A stretch of DNA of 60,148 nt, the filler included, from Sphacelaria rigidula (taxonomy: Eukaryota), in assembly GCA_964200075.2 (NCBI GenBank). It is 8 parts of 8 records of this genome, joined end to end, with 100 filler letters (N's around TTAATTAATTAA, not from the genome) between each part and the next. Parts side by side here need not be neighbours in the genome. Positions count along the whole stretch, not along the records: positions 22,595 to 30,025 come from CAXNAA020014954.1; positions 30,126 to 37,556 come from CAXNAA020014955.1; 6 more parts are not named here. One strand, 5' to 3'. Below are positions 23,376-34,885 of this stretch, piece after piece. The notes under the pieces were generated by a model. The model was not told the origin of the DNA. It ran no database searches and saw nothing but the letters and a program-made list of their open reading frames with translations. Numbering within the stretch: the stretch's first letter is position 1; every line of letters begins with the position of its first letter. A program made the position numbers and the translations under genes.

Positions 23376-26300
23376 TCATCGTGCACCCCGACCCTCACCT
23401 CCACGCCCTGTGCTACCCTTACTTCCACCCCCACCTCCACGACCACGGTTGCCACCCCCTCGTCCCGAGCGTCCGCCACCACGCCATCCTTTGCCCCCTC
23501 CCCTTGCTTTCCCCCACCCTTGCCCACGGCCTTGACCATGTCCCGAATCATTCGAGTTGCCGTCAAACTCTGAATCCCTACGGTACCCCCGAGATGGATG
23601 GTCCGGGGGTCGGTCGAAGCGACCCCTTCCTCCGCCATTGCCGTTGCCTCCGCTATTGCCACTGCCGATACCGCTGCCGCTGCCGCCAGCCCTCCTATCT
23701 CGGTCGTTGAGGCCGCGGCCGGCTTTGTGTCCGCTCCCATGTTGCGCAGTAGGGATAGAAACAGGCGCATCTGTGGATCGTATGCTCATCTGCTGCAGCG
23801 GGGCGAATAGTTCTTCTTCGGGTATTCCTCCGCCACCAAACGTGCCAAGCGCACCCTCGCTGTCACCCCCGCTGCCGCCGGCTGTGCGATTGTAACTCTC
23901 CGCTCCGCCTGCTGGCATGGCAGAGCGCCGTATCGCACCCTCCTCTTCGCGTCTCTGCATGATCCGGAGCTGTTTTTGCTCCTGTGCTCGGTTAATGATC
24001 TGCGTTGGTGTGGCGTGGTATGGCAAAGCGTGACGGCTCGTGAAGATCGCTTTGTCGGCCGAATTGCATTCAACGCGTGGAGACGCGAATACACAAGTTC
24101 ACCACGCACTGTAAACATACCCACGAATCCATGTCCAAAGCTTTTCACCCAAAAATCTATCAAGAGAGTCAGTCGCACTATTACAGTGCTTCCTTCCTCT
24201 CGAGCGGATGAATGAGAAAAAACAAACAAACGCATACATCGCTTGGACCTGTGACAACAGGTTTTGATTGAAACAACCCCCCCATTCAATCTGCCGGTAT
24301 TCGAAAATCGAAGGGAAACAACGGGGGTTGGCAATGTCGATCACCAGTACACCTAAAGCTTTAGTCGTATATCTATAGTTGACAAAATGACTACTTGATG
24401 TTAGAGTTGAGAACGTTCTGAGAAACATTATGGTTTTGGGGGCAAGTGAGCAGGGGACCCAGCCTCGTCCAGAACGTGCTTTTGTCGAAACCGGCGCCTG
24501 CGGCGTCGATTTCAGGTCTTTTAACACACACTTTGCCTAGGGGAACCTATGCTCCCCCCTTGCCCGAGGGTCTCGTACGCCTTGGGTCTAGGTTTTAGGG
24601 TTAGGATCAGCGTTATTGTTAGTTTGTTCGAAAAACCTCGACCATATATATTCGACCAAAACTTCAGGTCGCCCCTCGGTCCCAACAGCATGTCTCCCCA
24701 CGACATCATGGTATTTGTCACGGTAGATCGTGATGGTGATGGAACTTCCACCAGTGTACCGTAGGACCGGATGTGTAAATGAAATACTCGGGGCATTTGC
24801 ATGGTGCCGCCGTGCTACGCAGCATGTAAACCGCCATGACAAAATCATTTCTTTTTTTTTGTGTGTCACCAACCATGGATGGCATTGTGTAGTGAAACAT
24901 CTTCGACGCGCGTGGTTCAACCCCTTTGGCGCTACTCAGAGTTCATGCATGACAGCAATGCGCGGAAATACGACAGCAATCATCCAGAACGTTTTATTAC
25001 GGCGGTGTATTGTTAGTGAAGGCTCTGCGCCAAATCTCTATTTCTTGGGTGACTGGAACGTTCTATAGCTCGAAAGACCCGCACCAATGAGGGTGTCACG
25101 CAGGAGAAAAAGAAACGAAAAATATATGTTTTCGTCATGAGTTATGTCTTGATATCAATGAATTTGGACGTTACCGTTGGGCTGGCTCCAGGTAAACGTC
25201 TGAACGAATATTTTAATATAGAATCGTCAAATTTGATTAGAATATGACAACCGATGGCTTGAAAGACCCGTATGGATGAGGGTGTCACGCTGAAGAATAA
25301 AAACGAAAAAATGATATTTTCGTGATGAGTTATACCTTGATACCCATGATTTTGGACGTTACCCTCGGGCTGGCTCGGGGTGAAAGTCTGAGCCAATATT
25401 GCACGGTAGAATCGTCAACTGTGATTGGAATATAACACCCGATGGCTTGAAAGATCCGTATGGATACGGGTGTCACGCAGAAGAGAAAAAACAAAAACAA
25501 AATATTTTCGTGATGAGTTACACCTTGATATCCATGTGACCCATGGGCCGAATCAAGTGCTCGTTTACCCGAGGTGCCCCTCTTCAAATGTCCATATCTC
25601 GAGATTGCGGGCGCTGATTCAAAATCTGAGTGAATCATTCGAACCGTCTTGTTCATGGCTGTCTACTGGAAGTGGTTCAACGGTTTGATGATCGAAAATG
25701 GGCTAAAAAAAAGTGTCACTCCGTAAAAACGTACCGCTCGCTTTCGACATGCGCTACCGCAACGTGTGTTTGCTTTTTGCACATGCGACCGGCACCTGAC
25801 GAAAGCTACACTCTTCAAGTTTTATTTGATATATCCAAGTTACCTCTGTGTTGCGGTGATAGTAATATAATAGTGTCTACAGCTGGCTTAAAGTTTTTGG
25901 TAGCGCTACAAAACAGGTTTTTGTTCGGGGGGTCACACTTGTGTACAGTCATTTTTTCCCATGCATTTTACTACTAACTATACGCCACCGTAATAGTACA
26001 GACAAAAGGAGAAACGAAACACGAGAGGGGGGAAACGGTTCCAAGCCTGCCGAATGAACACACCAAGCACCGTGACTGTGAAAAACCGTAGCATTATAGT
26101 CATGCCAAAATCGCCTTCTACAACAACCGCATGCAAAATTCCAGCACCAGCTGAGTAACGTACTGTACCTCCGCAACACACTACGACACCATGGAAGTCC
26201 CCTAGCTTTTTTGCCATGGTATTGTAGCATCTTGAAAATATCACGACACTTGTATGCTACGGGCATGAAAAGTGTAGGCTATGGTGGTGGCACAAGCGCA

Positions 26301-28761
26301 TCATGACAGTATCATAACGAACATCATCATAGCTCACTCACAAATCAGTACCGCCATTGAAGCTTCCGATCAACGGTATAGGCAGACGGGGAAGTTTATC
26401 TACCTTGGTGGAGCTCAGCGCGGATACGAACATGTTCATCGAAATCAACCGCCGTATCAGCGCAGCGGGGGTGCGTATCCGAAAATATGGCTCCCAGCTC
26501 TACGACCGACCCGACGACGAGCTATCCTTGAAAGTTCGACTGCTTAAAGCGGGGATGGTGGAGGCTGTGTTGTATGGATGTGCCATATGGGCGCCACGTA
26601 CTGAGGACTTCGACAGTCTGCGGACTGCCCATCACAAGCTCTTGCTGCGCGTGGTTGGATTCCGCAGGAAAGATCGAAACGGCTGCAAGACTATTTCGTA
26701 CAGAGCGGTGCTCAAGATGATCAACTGCGAACGTATCGAGACGCCTATCCGCAGACGTCAACTCTGGTTGGCGGGAGCCCTTGTCCGGCAAAAGGAAACA
26801 CGTCTTCCTAAGCGCGTCATGAACGGTCGGTTGACCACACGAGGGTCCAAGGAGGCCGGCCGCCCCCCCAAGCAATGGGAGGATAACCGTCACGAGAACC
26901 TACGTGCGCTAGGGGCTACCCTGCACAAAGGAGCCCGACGGAAATGGTTCGTCGACGGTGTAGAGGTTAACGATGCATACGATTGGGTCCTGCGGCGAAG
27001 AACATGGGCAAATGGCATACTGTATTGGAGTCGAAAAACGAGCGGAAGAGTTTGAGGACACGTGGCGACGCGCGGACAAACGATAATCAGACCGCCGTCA
27101 CAAACGAGAGGCTGTTGCGTCGAGGGCCGCCAATCGAAGACTCCTGTCTGCTCATATCGGTGTTTGAATATGTCTTTAGCCGGTGGGTCCGCGGTGCCCA
27201 CTGGTGTATCTGTATTTACTCTGCTGCCCTGAATTTCTTGGATTTTTTCCCTTTCCTTATGTTTTGCTCTTTTCTTCATTTTTTCCCTTTTTTTTTTGTT
27301 TTAGACCAGTTAGTTCTTTCTGTGCTTTGCGTTCTTGAGTTTTGATTCATTCATTTTTCTTGACGTCTTAGTCTACTATGTCGATCTGTTCGACTTGTTC
27401 CTGTTCCATCTTTTTCTTCAGCGAGTGTTTCAGCTTTGTCCTGTCTTGGGTACGTCCATCATTTGACCACGGCTGGATCCCTGTCGGGTCAGCTAAAGTG
27501 CGACAATCAACCAACCAATCAATCAATCGATCGATCACGGCGCAGCGTCTGCTCCACAGGGTTATCATGGTAGTAGTACAATATAGCACTGCCACGGTAC
27601 AATCAGAGCGGCCTCGTGGATATCTGGACAAACTGGGTCATCACAGGACTTCCCCGGCGCCTGAGCAGAAGTAGCAAAAACGGTAAAGATAAGGTACATC
27701 AGTGCGACCGACAATGACTAGCCTTGAGAAAAAATAAGAAGCAACAATCAGTCAAATGTCCGTAACAATACAGACTACTGAAATAACAGAACTGCAAGCG
27801 AAAAAAATGACGAATGTTTCTACCGAACAGAAGGTTAAATAGAAGACAGGCCATCTTTCGAACCCCCCTGCAGAAAACAAAGCAGAACGCACCTGGTCCC
27901 GCGGCGGACTCCCCCTCTGGCCATGGTGTTCCCCCCCACGTTTACCTCCCCTTCCACCTTCGAGTCCCCGCGATCCCTGACTTATTCCATTGATCTCCGC
28001 GGCGAGCATTTCAGCAGAATACTCTTTTGCAGCACCGGATCGATCGGCTCCAGAGCGAAGGAGCATCGACACAGCCTGATAGCGGACATGCGCACGAGAC
28101 CACGCATCGGTGGGATTTGACGTCACACCATGGAACGCCAGCAGTGAAAAAAACCCCGAGAAAGACATCAACAATTTGTGTGCCGAATGTGTGAGTATAT
28201 CACACCCTGGAAAATTAAATCATGTTGTACAAAAAAATGTACTGCGTTCAGTATGGAATCTATTGTCTGCTGCAATAGGCGCAATAGTCCATACTGTACA
28301 CAGGACACTTTCTGACAGTGTATTATTTGTCCAGAGTGTGGCGATATATATGTGCGGACGCACGGGGGGAAGGAAGGTAGGGGGGGGGGAAACGAGTTTT
28401 GTGCAGTAAGAGACGACGGCAGCAGAGAAATCTCGCGAGAAGGGATCGATATTGAGCGTGGGGACGGCAAAAATAATGAGCACGACGTGAAACAGGGAGG
28501 GGAGGCAATCATCGCCAAGCTCAGACAATACCGGGTGGTGTTAATTTTTTTGTCATACACAAGGTGGCCTTCGAAAGTGCTTGCCAACCACGGCTAGTTT
28601 GCCCCCACCTGTATGAGGTCGCGCCCGGTTCCAGAGATGTCCTCCTGAGGGTGCGTGATCTTCCTCAGCAGCAGCCGCTCCACGTGCACACGGAGACATT
28701 TTACCAGGGTCGCTGCTCGCCTTACCGCCCTGAAGTGCAACCATTTGTCCACTGTGATTGC
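23376..28761 (-). CDS. 3' exons of a DEAH-box RNA helicase (DHX36/DHX57/DHX29-like) with RGG-rich tail. Exons 28761-28609, 28075-27893, 23981-23376
   Basis: Exon AITVDKWLHFRAVRRAATLVKCLRVHVERLLLRKITHPQEDISGTGRDLIQ|AVSMLL resembles the C-terminal OB-fold end of DEAH helicases. All junctions are phase-0 CAG|...|GT. The last exon ends in GRG/RGG repeats then TGA. A small extra exon near 27660-27600 is possible. Confidence 0.75.
25068..25536. repeat. Diverged tandem repeat, ~188-bp unit, ~2.5 copies
   Basis: GGGTGTCACGC recurs at 25091, 25280 and 25468 with conserved TTTTCGTGATGAGTTA and GATGGCTTGAAAGA. Probably the subterminal array of a DNA transposon. Confidence 0.85.
26340..27535 (+). mobile_element. 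5'-truncated RTE-clade LINE with 3' UTR and (AATC)n tail, antisense within the helicase intron
   Basis: KFIYLG, EINRRI..A, VLYGCAIW, RRRQLWLAG, RLPKRVM.G and GRPPKQWED are RTE post-RT motifs. Ends GTGCGACAATCAACCAACCAATCAATCAATC. Confidence 0.9.
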
Positions 28762-28811
28762 CTGCCGTGTTTGGGGGGGGAAGAACACGAGAAAATCATT
28801 CCGAGGACACT

Positions 28812-28985
28812 TCGATTGATTGATCCGTTTTATTGTCGCAGTTTAACTGCCCCCCCACGGATTCAGCCGTGGTCACATGATCGACCTACCCAAGAAAAAA
28901 AAAAATTGAAAAATACTCGCTGAAGAAAAAGAAGGAACAGAAAAAGTCGAATAGAACGACATAGTAGACTAAGACGTAAAAATAA
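28812..28985 (-). repeat. RTE 3' UTR fragment
   Basis: Reverse complement of ~27360-27535 (CAGCCGTGGTCA, ACATAGTAGACTAAGACG). Confidence 0.8.
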
Positions 28986-29213
28986 AAAAAATAAAAATAA
29001 ACACTTGAGATCCGGAAATGCAAAAGCCACCCAGGCAGTTCACGTGCAAAGTAAGACGAGACTCATTTGACACATATTTTACATCATTCCGTTCGCCCGT
29101 TCGGCTCCTGGATACGCAACATTAATCTATCGTAGTCTTCCTATCGCAGTAGAGGGGGCGTTCCCTTTTTGTCATGTACAACAACACCAATCAGTGTCAC
29201 GTCTGTTATTATG

Positions 29214-29573
29214 TTGTGTGTTGTCCTCCCATTTATTCTGGACGTCGGTCTACACATTTCGGCTTATGTGGGCGCACCAGCCGGGGTCACACAGACAGGA
29301 GGAAGGCCAACACAGGATCTTTTTAATTTTATTTTATTTGTGTTCGTTCTCCACCTTCCTTCTGCGGTGCTTGCCTTTTTTTTCATGGCGAGGGAGGTTC
29401 AACGGTACCTTTCCCTCGTCGACCGTTAAGTCGAGTTTTGTGTACCCACGACATAGTCTCGCTCTCCACTGTTGGGAATTGTGTGAGAAAGAAACCCAGA
29501 TCGCTCTGAGACTCGAACCCCCGACGCAACCGCCAGAAGGTTTCGAGGTTACCAACTGAGCCACCGGGGCGAT
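29214..29573 (-). mobile_element. tRNA-derived SINE (family C), full copy
   Basis: A box TGGCTCAGTTGG and B box GGTTCGAGTC on the minus strand. Body matches 6944-7289 and 20033-20392. Confidence 0.85.
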
Positions 29574-29767
29574 CGGCTCTCTGTGGCTGTAAGTTGTAAC
29601 TGGAGCAGTACATGCTGCGTGATAAAATGTCGAACGCAAAGACCAAGACAAAGTTTAACAGCAGGATGAACGAGGTCGAGAACTAGTTGAAAACGCAACC
29701 ACAGCACCAAAGATAGAGGAGTGTAGTCTGCCATGGTATCGTCAGGGGGAACACGAACAGGAAAACG

Positions 29768-30025
29768 GGGTGCACTTATGATCTTGCATGCCATAGTCAT
29801 ATGGCGATTAACCTCGTATCCCTACACAGCCGGGACGAAGCACGCCGGGATCTCGCCGGCCCAGGCTCGTGGGGGGAGGGAGGGGAGGGGAGGTAATCAT
29901 GATCATGCATGCCATAGTCATAAGACCATTGACTTCGCATCCCTATAAAGCGGGGACGGACCACGGCGGGTTTTCACCGGACCAGGCTTGCACTCAAACG
30001 ACCGAGCGCGAAGCGCCGTGGTGTG
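29768..30025 (-). repeat. Two tandem family B 3' fragments separated by a G-rich tract
   Basis: GCATGCCATAGTCATA...CCAGGCT occurs twice, separated by GGGGGGAGGGAGGGGAGGG. Matches 2230-2355. Confidence 0.8.
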
Positions 30026-30125
30026 NNNNNNNNNNNNNNNNNNNNNNNNNNNNNNNNNNNNNNNNNNNNTTAATTAATTAANNNNNNNNNNNNNNNNNNN
30101 NNNNNNNNNNNNNNNNNNNNNNNNN
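30026..30125. other. Artificial contig spacer
   Basis: 44 N + TTAATTAATTAA + 44 N. Confidence 0.99.
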
Positions 30126-31864
30126 CGATACGAAGATTTTAATCCTCCGGGTTCTCATCCTCAATGAAAATCTCCATCCTCAACATAGATGATCCGCTGT
30201 GTTTTTCCTTTTTTGTGTCAGTCAACATTTTTCGTGGTGCGGGAGAGGTATGGTTGAAGCACTCTCGCCTCTTGTCATAATCTGCGAGTGCTTCAACCAT
30301 GAGAGACATATGTGATGTGATGGGTACTCTGCAGTGTAGTTCGTCCGGAGACACAGACCGGCGGGTACTAGAGTTGTATATCTTCGACGAATATTTCGTC
30401 GGCTTGTAGATGCCGAGCCAGCTGTTGATTGAAACGTGCGTAGTTGGACTCTAGCGTATGGAATGATGTTGAATTATTGGAGTTCAACGGTAGACATTTA
30501 CGTTTCTGAGTTATGACTTTGAGTAGAAACATGTTCGAGAACTGGCTGACAGGCAAGTGCACAGCCCCCTGTTCGCACCCATCTCACCGCCTAAGGCCTC
30601 AACAGTAGCAAAGGATAAATCAGACTCTCGACAGCGTCTGATAGACTCCAACTACCCCCCTTCCGCAGAGATTGAGCCGCAGGATCCAAAGAGACTATAC
30701 GTAAGTCTTCCCTGAGTGTAATATACATATTTTGTTCTGCTTATTTCTACAATGGTATCCTTCTGTTTATTTGTGCCGCAACTGAGAACTGTAGCTAGCT
30801 ATCACAATTGAAAAGTCATTTATCCTGTGGGCATCCGACATCACCACCCTGCGTCAAGCAGCTAAGGTAACAATCCACTCTTCATTAAACAAGTGTATAA
30901 CGTTTCTGCTGACCCTCTTAAGATAAGTGGTAGGTGTTTTATGGCGTGCCGTTGTACCGTGGATTCTGTGCAATCATCAGGAGCATGAATCCTAACTCGA
31001 TTGAGAAACGCACCGAGAGTTGCCGGCACGTCCTCACTCCGTTTTCCTTCTCGGATTAACGTTGATGGGAGATCCGATTGTTTCATCGAAACTTTTTGAG
31101 TTCTCATGGTGCTACTATGGCTTGTAGATGGCGGAGTTAGCACTGAACTAGACAGAAGCTCTACGTTGTGGCTGTTCTCTTGTATGTTGGTGAGGCTTGT
31201 TGGCGGATCTAACGTCAAAGTCCCAGAGCTCTCTGTGGATTGGATCGTCGTAGTGTTAGGCAGTTCGACCTCGAAAGTATCGACTCGATCATTGACACTA
31301 TCCTGGGGTTTACTCGTATTGTTCTGTAGCATCGTATTGTTACTTGGGTGTTCTATTCCCGATGCTTCTGGGTTGCTCGATTTCGATACCTGTGAAACTC
31401 CTCGGTCTTGTGGTACCGAAAACCCCAATGCTTGCATCACCCACGGAGCTGGGTCCGTACCCTCCTCGTCGCTCCTCTCCAACGCCCTCTATGCGAGCTC
31501 CGCTGCCTTTTCCTTGATGGTGGGTTGTGGCGTAGAGGATGGGGATAGTGTGGTGGGGTCGCGTAGCGCATCAAACCTTCCGGTCGGTGGACACCTGACG
31601 GATATCCGTGCTCCGCTCAGAGTCGTCAGAGTTGTCGCTGTCGCTTTCCCCCTCGTGGCTGTACGTAGGTTGGGCGGGCAGAGTCGTGTCGACCGGCGCA
31701 GGTACTACTGGTTGGGCTGTGCCTCTGGACTCTGCCGCTTTCGCCGCCGAGGTGGAAACTGATGGCGTGACGGCCGTGGTGAGATGCTCGAAGGTCCTCG
31801 CGGTGATCCTTCCCTGTATAGTTGTCTTGGTGGATTTTCTGTGGGCTGATTTCTTTCACGGCAT
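30126..31864 (-). pseudogene. Degenerate gag-like ORF of an LTR retrotransposon (probably Gypsy)
   Basis: Starts with ATG at 31864, ~60 bp inside the LTR at 31926-32283. Long S/T/P-rich N-terminus then helical segments (HLPLILRGSAETLY...), broken by stops and frameshifts. Confidence 0.55.
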
Positions 31865-31925
31865 GGTGAAAGACGGGTGCCCTTCTACTTAATGTCTTAC
31901 TTGAGTTCTGTTCTGGTGTCGCTTA

Positions 31926-32283
31926 TGTAAGGAAGACGTATCGAAGGGGGGTGCACACCAAGGAGGAGGCTGTCCCGAGAGATGTCGTCCTGATGCCGAA
32001 GGAACCCCGAAGCTGACGATGATTTCCTCTTATGAGATGTGGGCAAGAAGTTGGGTCAGACAGAGAGTGGTCGCTGGAGGCGACCAGTTCCTCGGGGGAT
32101 GTTTGACCGTCCTGAATATTAGGCTCTTCCTGGCATCCCCCGAACTGTCTAGTTTCGTTGGCATTACAGGGTCCTCGGACTGGTCCATTCGGACCGTTCT
32201 CACCTTGTACCTGCTTGCTCTGGCTCTTCATACACGTGTGGCATCAGTCTCTGATATGTCACTGCAAAGAGGTATTCCTTACA
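31926..32283 (-). mobile_element. LTR (358 bp), 5' LTR of the element to its left
   Basis: TGTAAGGAA...TTCCTTACA, i.e. 9-bp terminal inverted repeats with TG/CA ends. A related LTR start lies at 14904. Confidence 0.8.
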
Positions 32284-32286
32284 CAA

Positions 32287-32772
32287 CAACTTGGAACTGA
32301 AAGGTTTCGTATATTCGTCATATGGGAACGAAGGTGTTGGAGGAAAAATGAGGTCATCATTGAACACTATGTTGATTTCTGGCGAACGGACTTATACATT
32401 CTTCTCCAAGTCTACAACGGATAACAGCCTCATCTACAGCCGAAGCTGAACGTATAGCAGTTGAACGAGGAGGAAAAAATTGAAGATACTTTTTCAATCT
32501 TCTGCGAGAGTTCGGGTGGTCGTCTATGCGGCCTTCAACCCTTTTTTTCCGATTCTCAACGCGCCCTTCATCTTTCTTCGAACACGAACTATAGTAGCAA
32601 AAGCAAACATCTGGCGATTAGGTTCTACAGCCTCAAGGATTTTATCAACAACGACCAACTAATTGTCAACCATGTCAGGACTAGTCGTCAGTTGGCCGAC
32701 ATACTTACCAATCATTGCGAGAAGACAATACAGCGACGACTCCTTAATGCAGTCGTCGATTTCGGAAAGTGA
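32287..32772 (+). pseudogene. Ty1/Copia RNase H remnant
   Basis: LQRITASSTAEAE, FSDSQRAL, SKSKHLAIRF and QLADILT are Copia RNase H motifs. Frameshifted. Confidence 0.85.
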
Positions 32773-34399
32773 CTCTACCAACGGAAACAACAGGAGTGCG
32801 TCATTACCAAGGATGACGTACCAACCGGCGTGCGTCATTACTAGTACGTCATTTTCAAAGGGGGTGTATCGACTTTCGTACGTCCAACACTTCAACAAAA
32901 CAGAGCTGGGCCCACCACCAACGCACACCCAGTCACAACTTTCAAAGCACCTTTCTCATCTTCATCTGCCAGCATCGTACATCACTACTGTCATGGTTCG
33001 ATACTTACCGCCTAGGTGGGAATGGTGCTAATTCAGTGGTCACCTGGGCTAGCGGGCCCCAAACACAATCATTAGTATAGAATCCATTTAAGCTCGACTT
33101 TACCAAATATAGAGTCAGCCACCGCACCAGTGGTCAGGCGGCATGCCTTGGTCCGCGACGGAGGCTGGACAACATGCGTTGCATGAGAGACAGGCTTACA
33201 TTGTGAAAAGACCAGAGATCCCTCTGTTACCGCAGTCCGTGATAGCGTAGATGCTCTTGTATTGTTGGCGTACAGGCTAACTTCTGCGTTGCTAGTTGAG
33301 ATGCATAGTCCGAAACGTTGTAACACGTGAGGGCACAGGGGGGCACACGGCCAGATTCTACCACACAATGTAGTATGATCCATCAGATACCAAGCATGAC
33401 AAAGTATGACACATGGAACCTAGTCGACTGGAAAATGACCAATGAAATCTGTAACATCCCCCTAGCCTTATGCATATGACTAAACACAAATGTTTTGGAG
33501 GGCTGGAAGGGTCAGGACAAAAACAAAGCCTGTGCATCATACGCCTGAAAGCAAAACGAGAAAAACCTGCTGAATTAAGGTACAGGGGAAAACTCGTTGC
33601 AGATCTGATGAATAGGTAAACCCTGATGAGCAGGAGAAAACTCTATCCGTTAGGAAAGGAAACAAAATATAACGCCCTTTCCAACGACAGAAACAGCAGA
33701 CAAGTACGATCGCTGTCGTTTTCCCGGCGGGATCTCAGTTAGACTGGAGAACATTCGACTAGTTAGCTCGATCGCGCGTCGACACCCCGCATCAGTTACA
33801 CTGGATTCTGGGGTAGTGCGGGGCTTGAACCTCGCTAAAAACAACATTTCCATGACTGATCAGTACTTACAGGAGTGCAGCATTTGAGGGGTGCCCTTCT
33901 GTAACTATTGACGCCTATTCTACTGGAAATAGAGCCCCTGCGCCTTGGCTCACACATGTACCCGTATGTTACCAAATGGGGAGTAATCAATAACAAAGCG
34001 ACAAAAAGAAAAGACAGGAACATCCGAAACTCATGACTGAAACGTACGGTACCAGAAATGTATGGCTAATTACTCACTCATTTCCTCACCGCATTCCTCC
34101 CGCAATGATATCGTATACCACATCACACAAGAGCTACTCATGAACGTCGATAGCTGCATTCTATCTTTGGTTCCTCCGTTCCAGCTTCGGGCGCTCGAGG
34201 TCCCGGCGAGATAGCCCTGTCCCGTCTTCACCTTCGTATTGTACTCGCCGAAAGCGATTCCCATTATCACGCACTTAGCGCTTTGGCCTGGCACTGCTAG
34301 CCTTTCCCGGAAGTAGCACCTGTGAGCGAACGCTTCAAAGCATCACTACTTGGGGGAGCGGGGTGCTTTGAGTTCGATGGCTGGGTCGAAGAAACTGTG

Positions 34400-34885
34400 G
34401 GGTTATATAGGTGCAAAAGGCTCATAACGCAGTACGGAGAAAATAGGTTGTGGGAAATATACGGGGAACTGGGATCAAGGGAAAGATGTGGACGATGGTG
34501 AAGATGACAGAAGTGTGCCAAAAGTGCGATAATGGTAGACGGGGGAATATCGAAATATTTTGATATTGTGCGAGGAGTCGCACCAGGATGTATGTTATTA
34601 CGATATTTTGCAAGAAGTCGCACCAGGATGTACGTTATCATGCTCTCTACATGAGGTATTCTTTGATGACCTGATACTAGCATGAGACACAGCAAAGCAA
34701 AGGGTGAAGTTGACGAAGAAATCGGGAACAGTGCAGCTCGCAGCAGCTAAGAGAATACTTTGATGCGGAAATGGTGCAAATGACAGCAGCTGAAAGAATA
34801 CTTGGATGCAGAAAGCTAGTGAATAAGTTGTAACAGCTCAGAAAATCCGTGGATGCTGGAAACAAATGAGTACGCCCCCCCCCCT
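34400..34885 (+). mobile_element. Heavily deleted LINE family A remnant
   Basis: Patchwork matching 21150-21345 (GGAGTCGCAC..GATGTA), 21850-21890 and the 3' end AAATGAGTACGCCCCCCCCCC. Confidence 0.75.

Noticed and set aside
23030-23895. Long overlapping ORFs (226, 244 and 112 aa)
   Set aside because: Shadow frames of the GC-rich RGG exon.
24588-24606. Telomere-like TTTTAGGGTTAGG
   Set aside because: Only about two units, in an internal position. Not a telomere.
25068-25536. CRISPR-like array
   Set aside because: Whole-unit tandem repeat of ~188 bp, not short repeats with unique spacers.
31106-31762. 218-aa plus-strand ORF
   Set aside because: Antisense shadow of the gag-like ORF.
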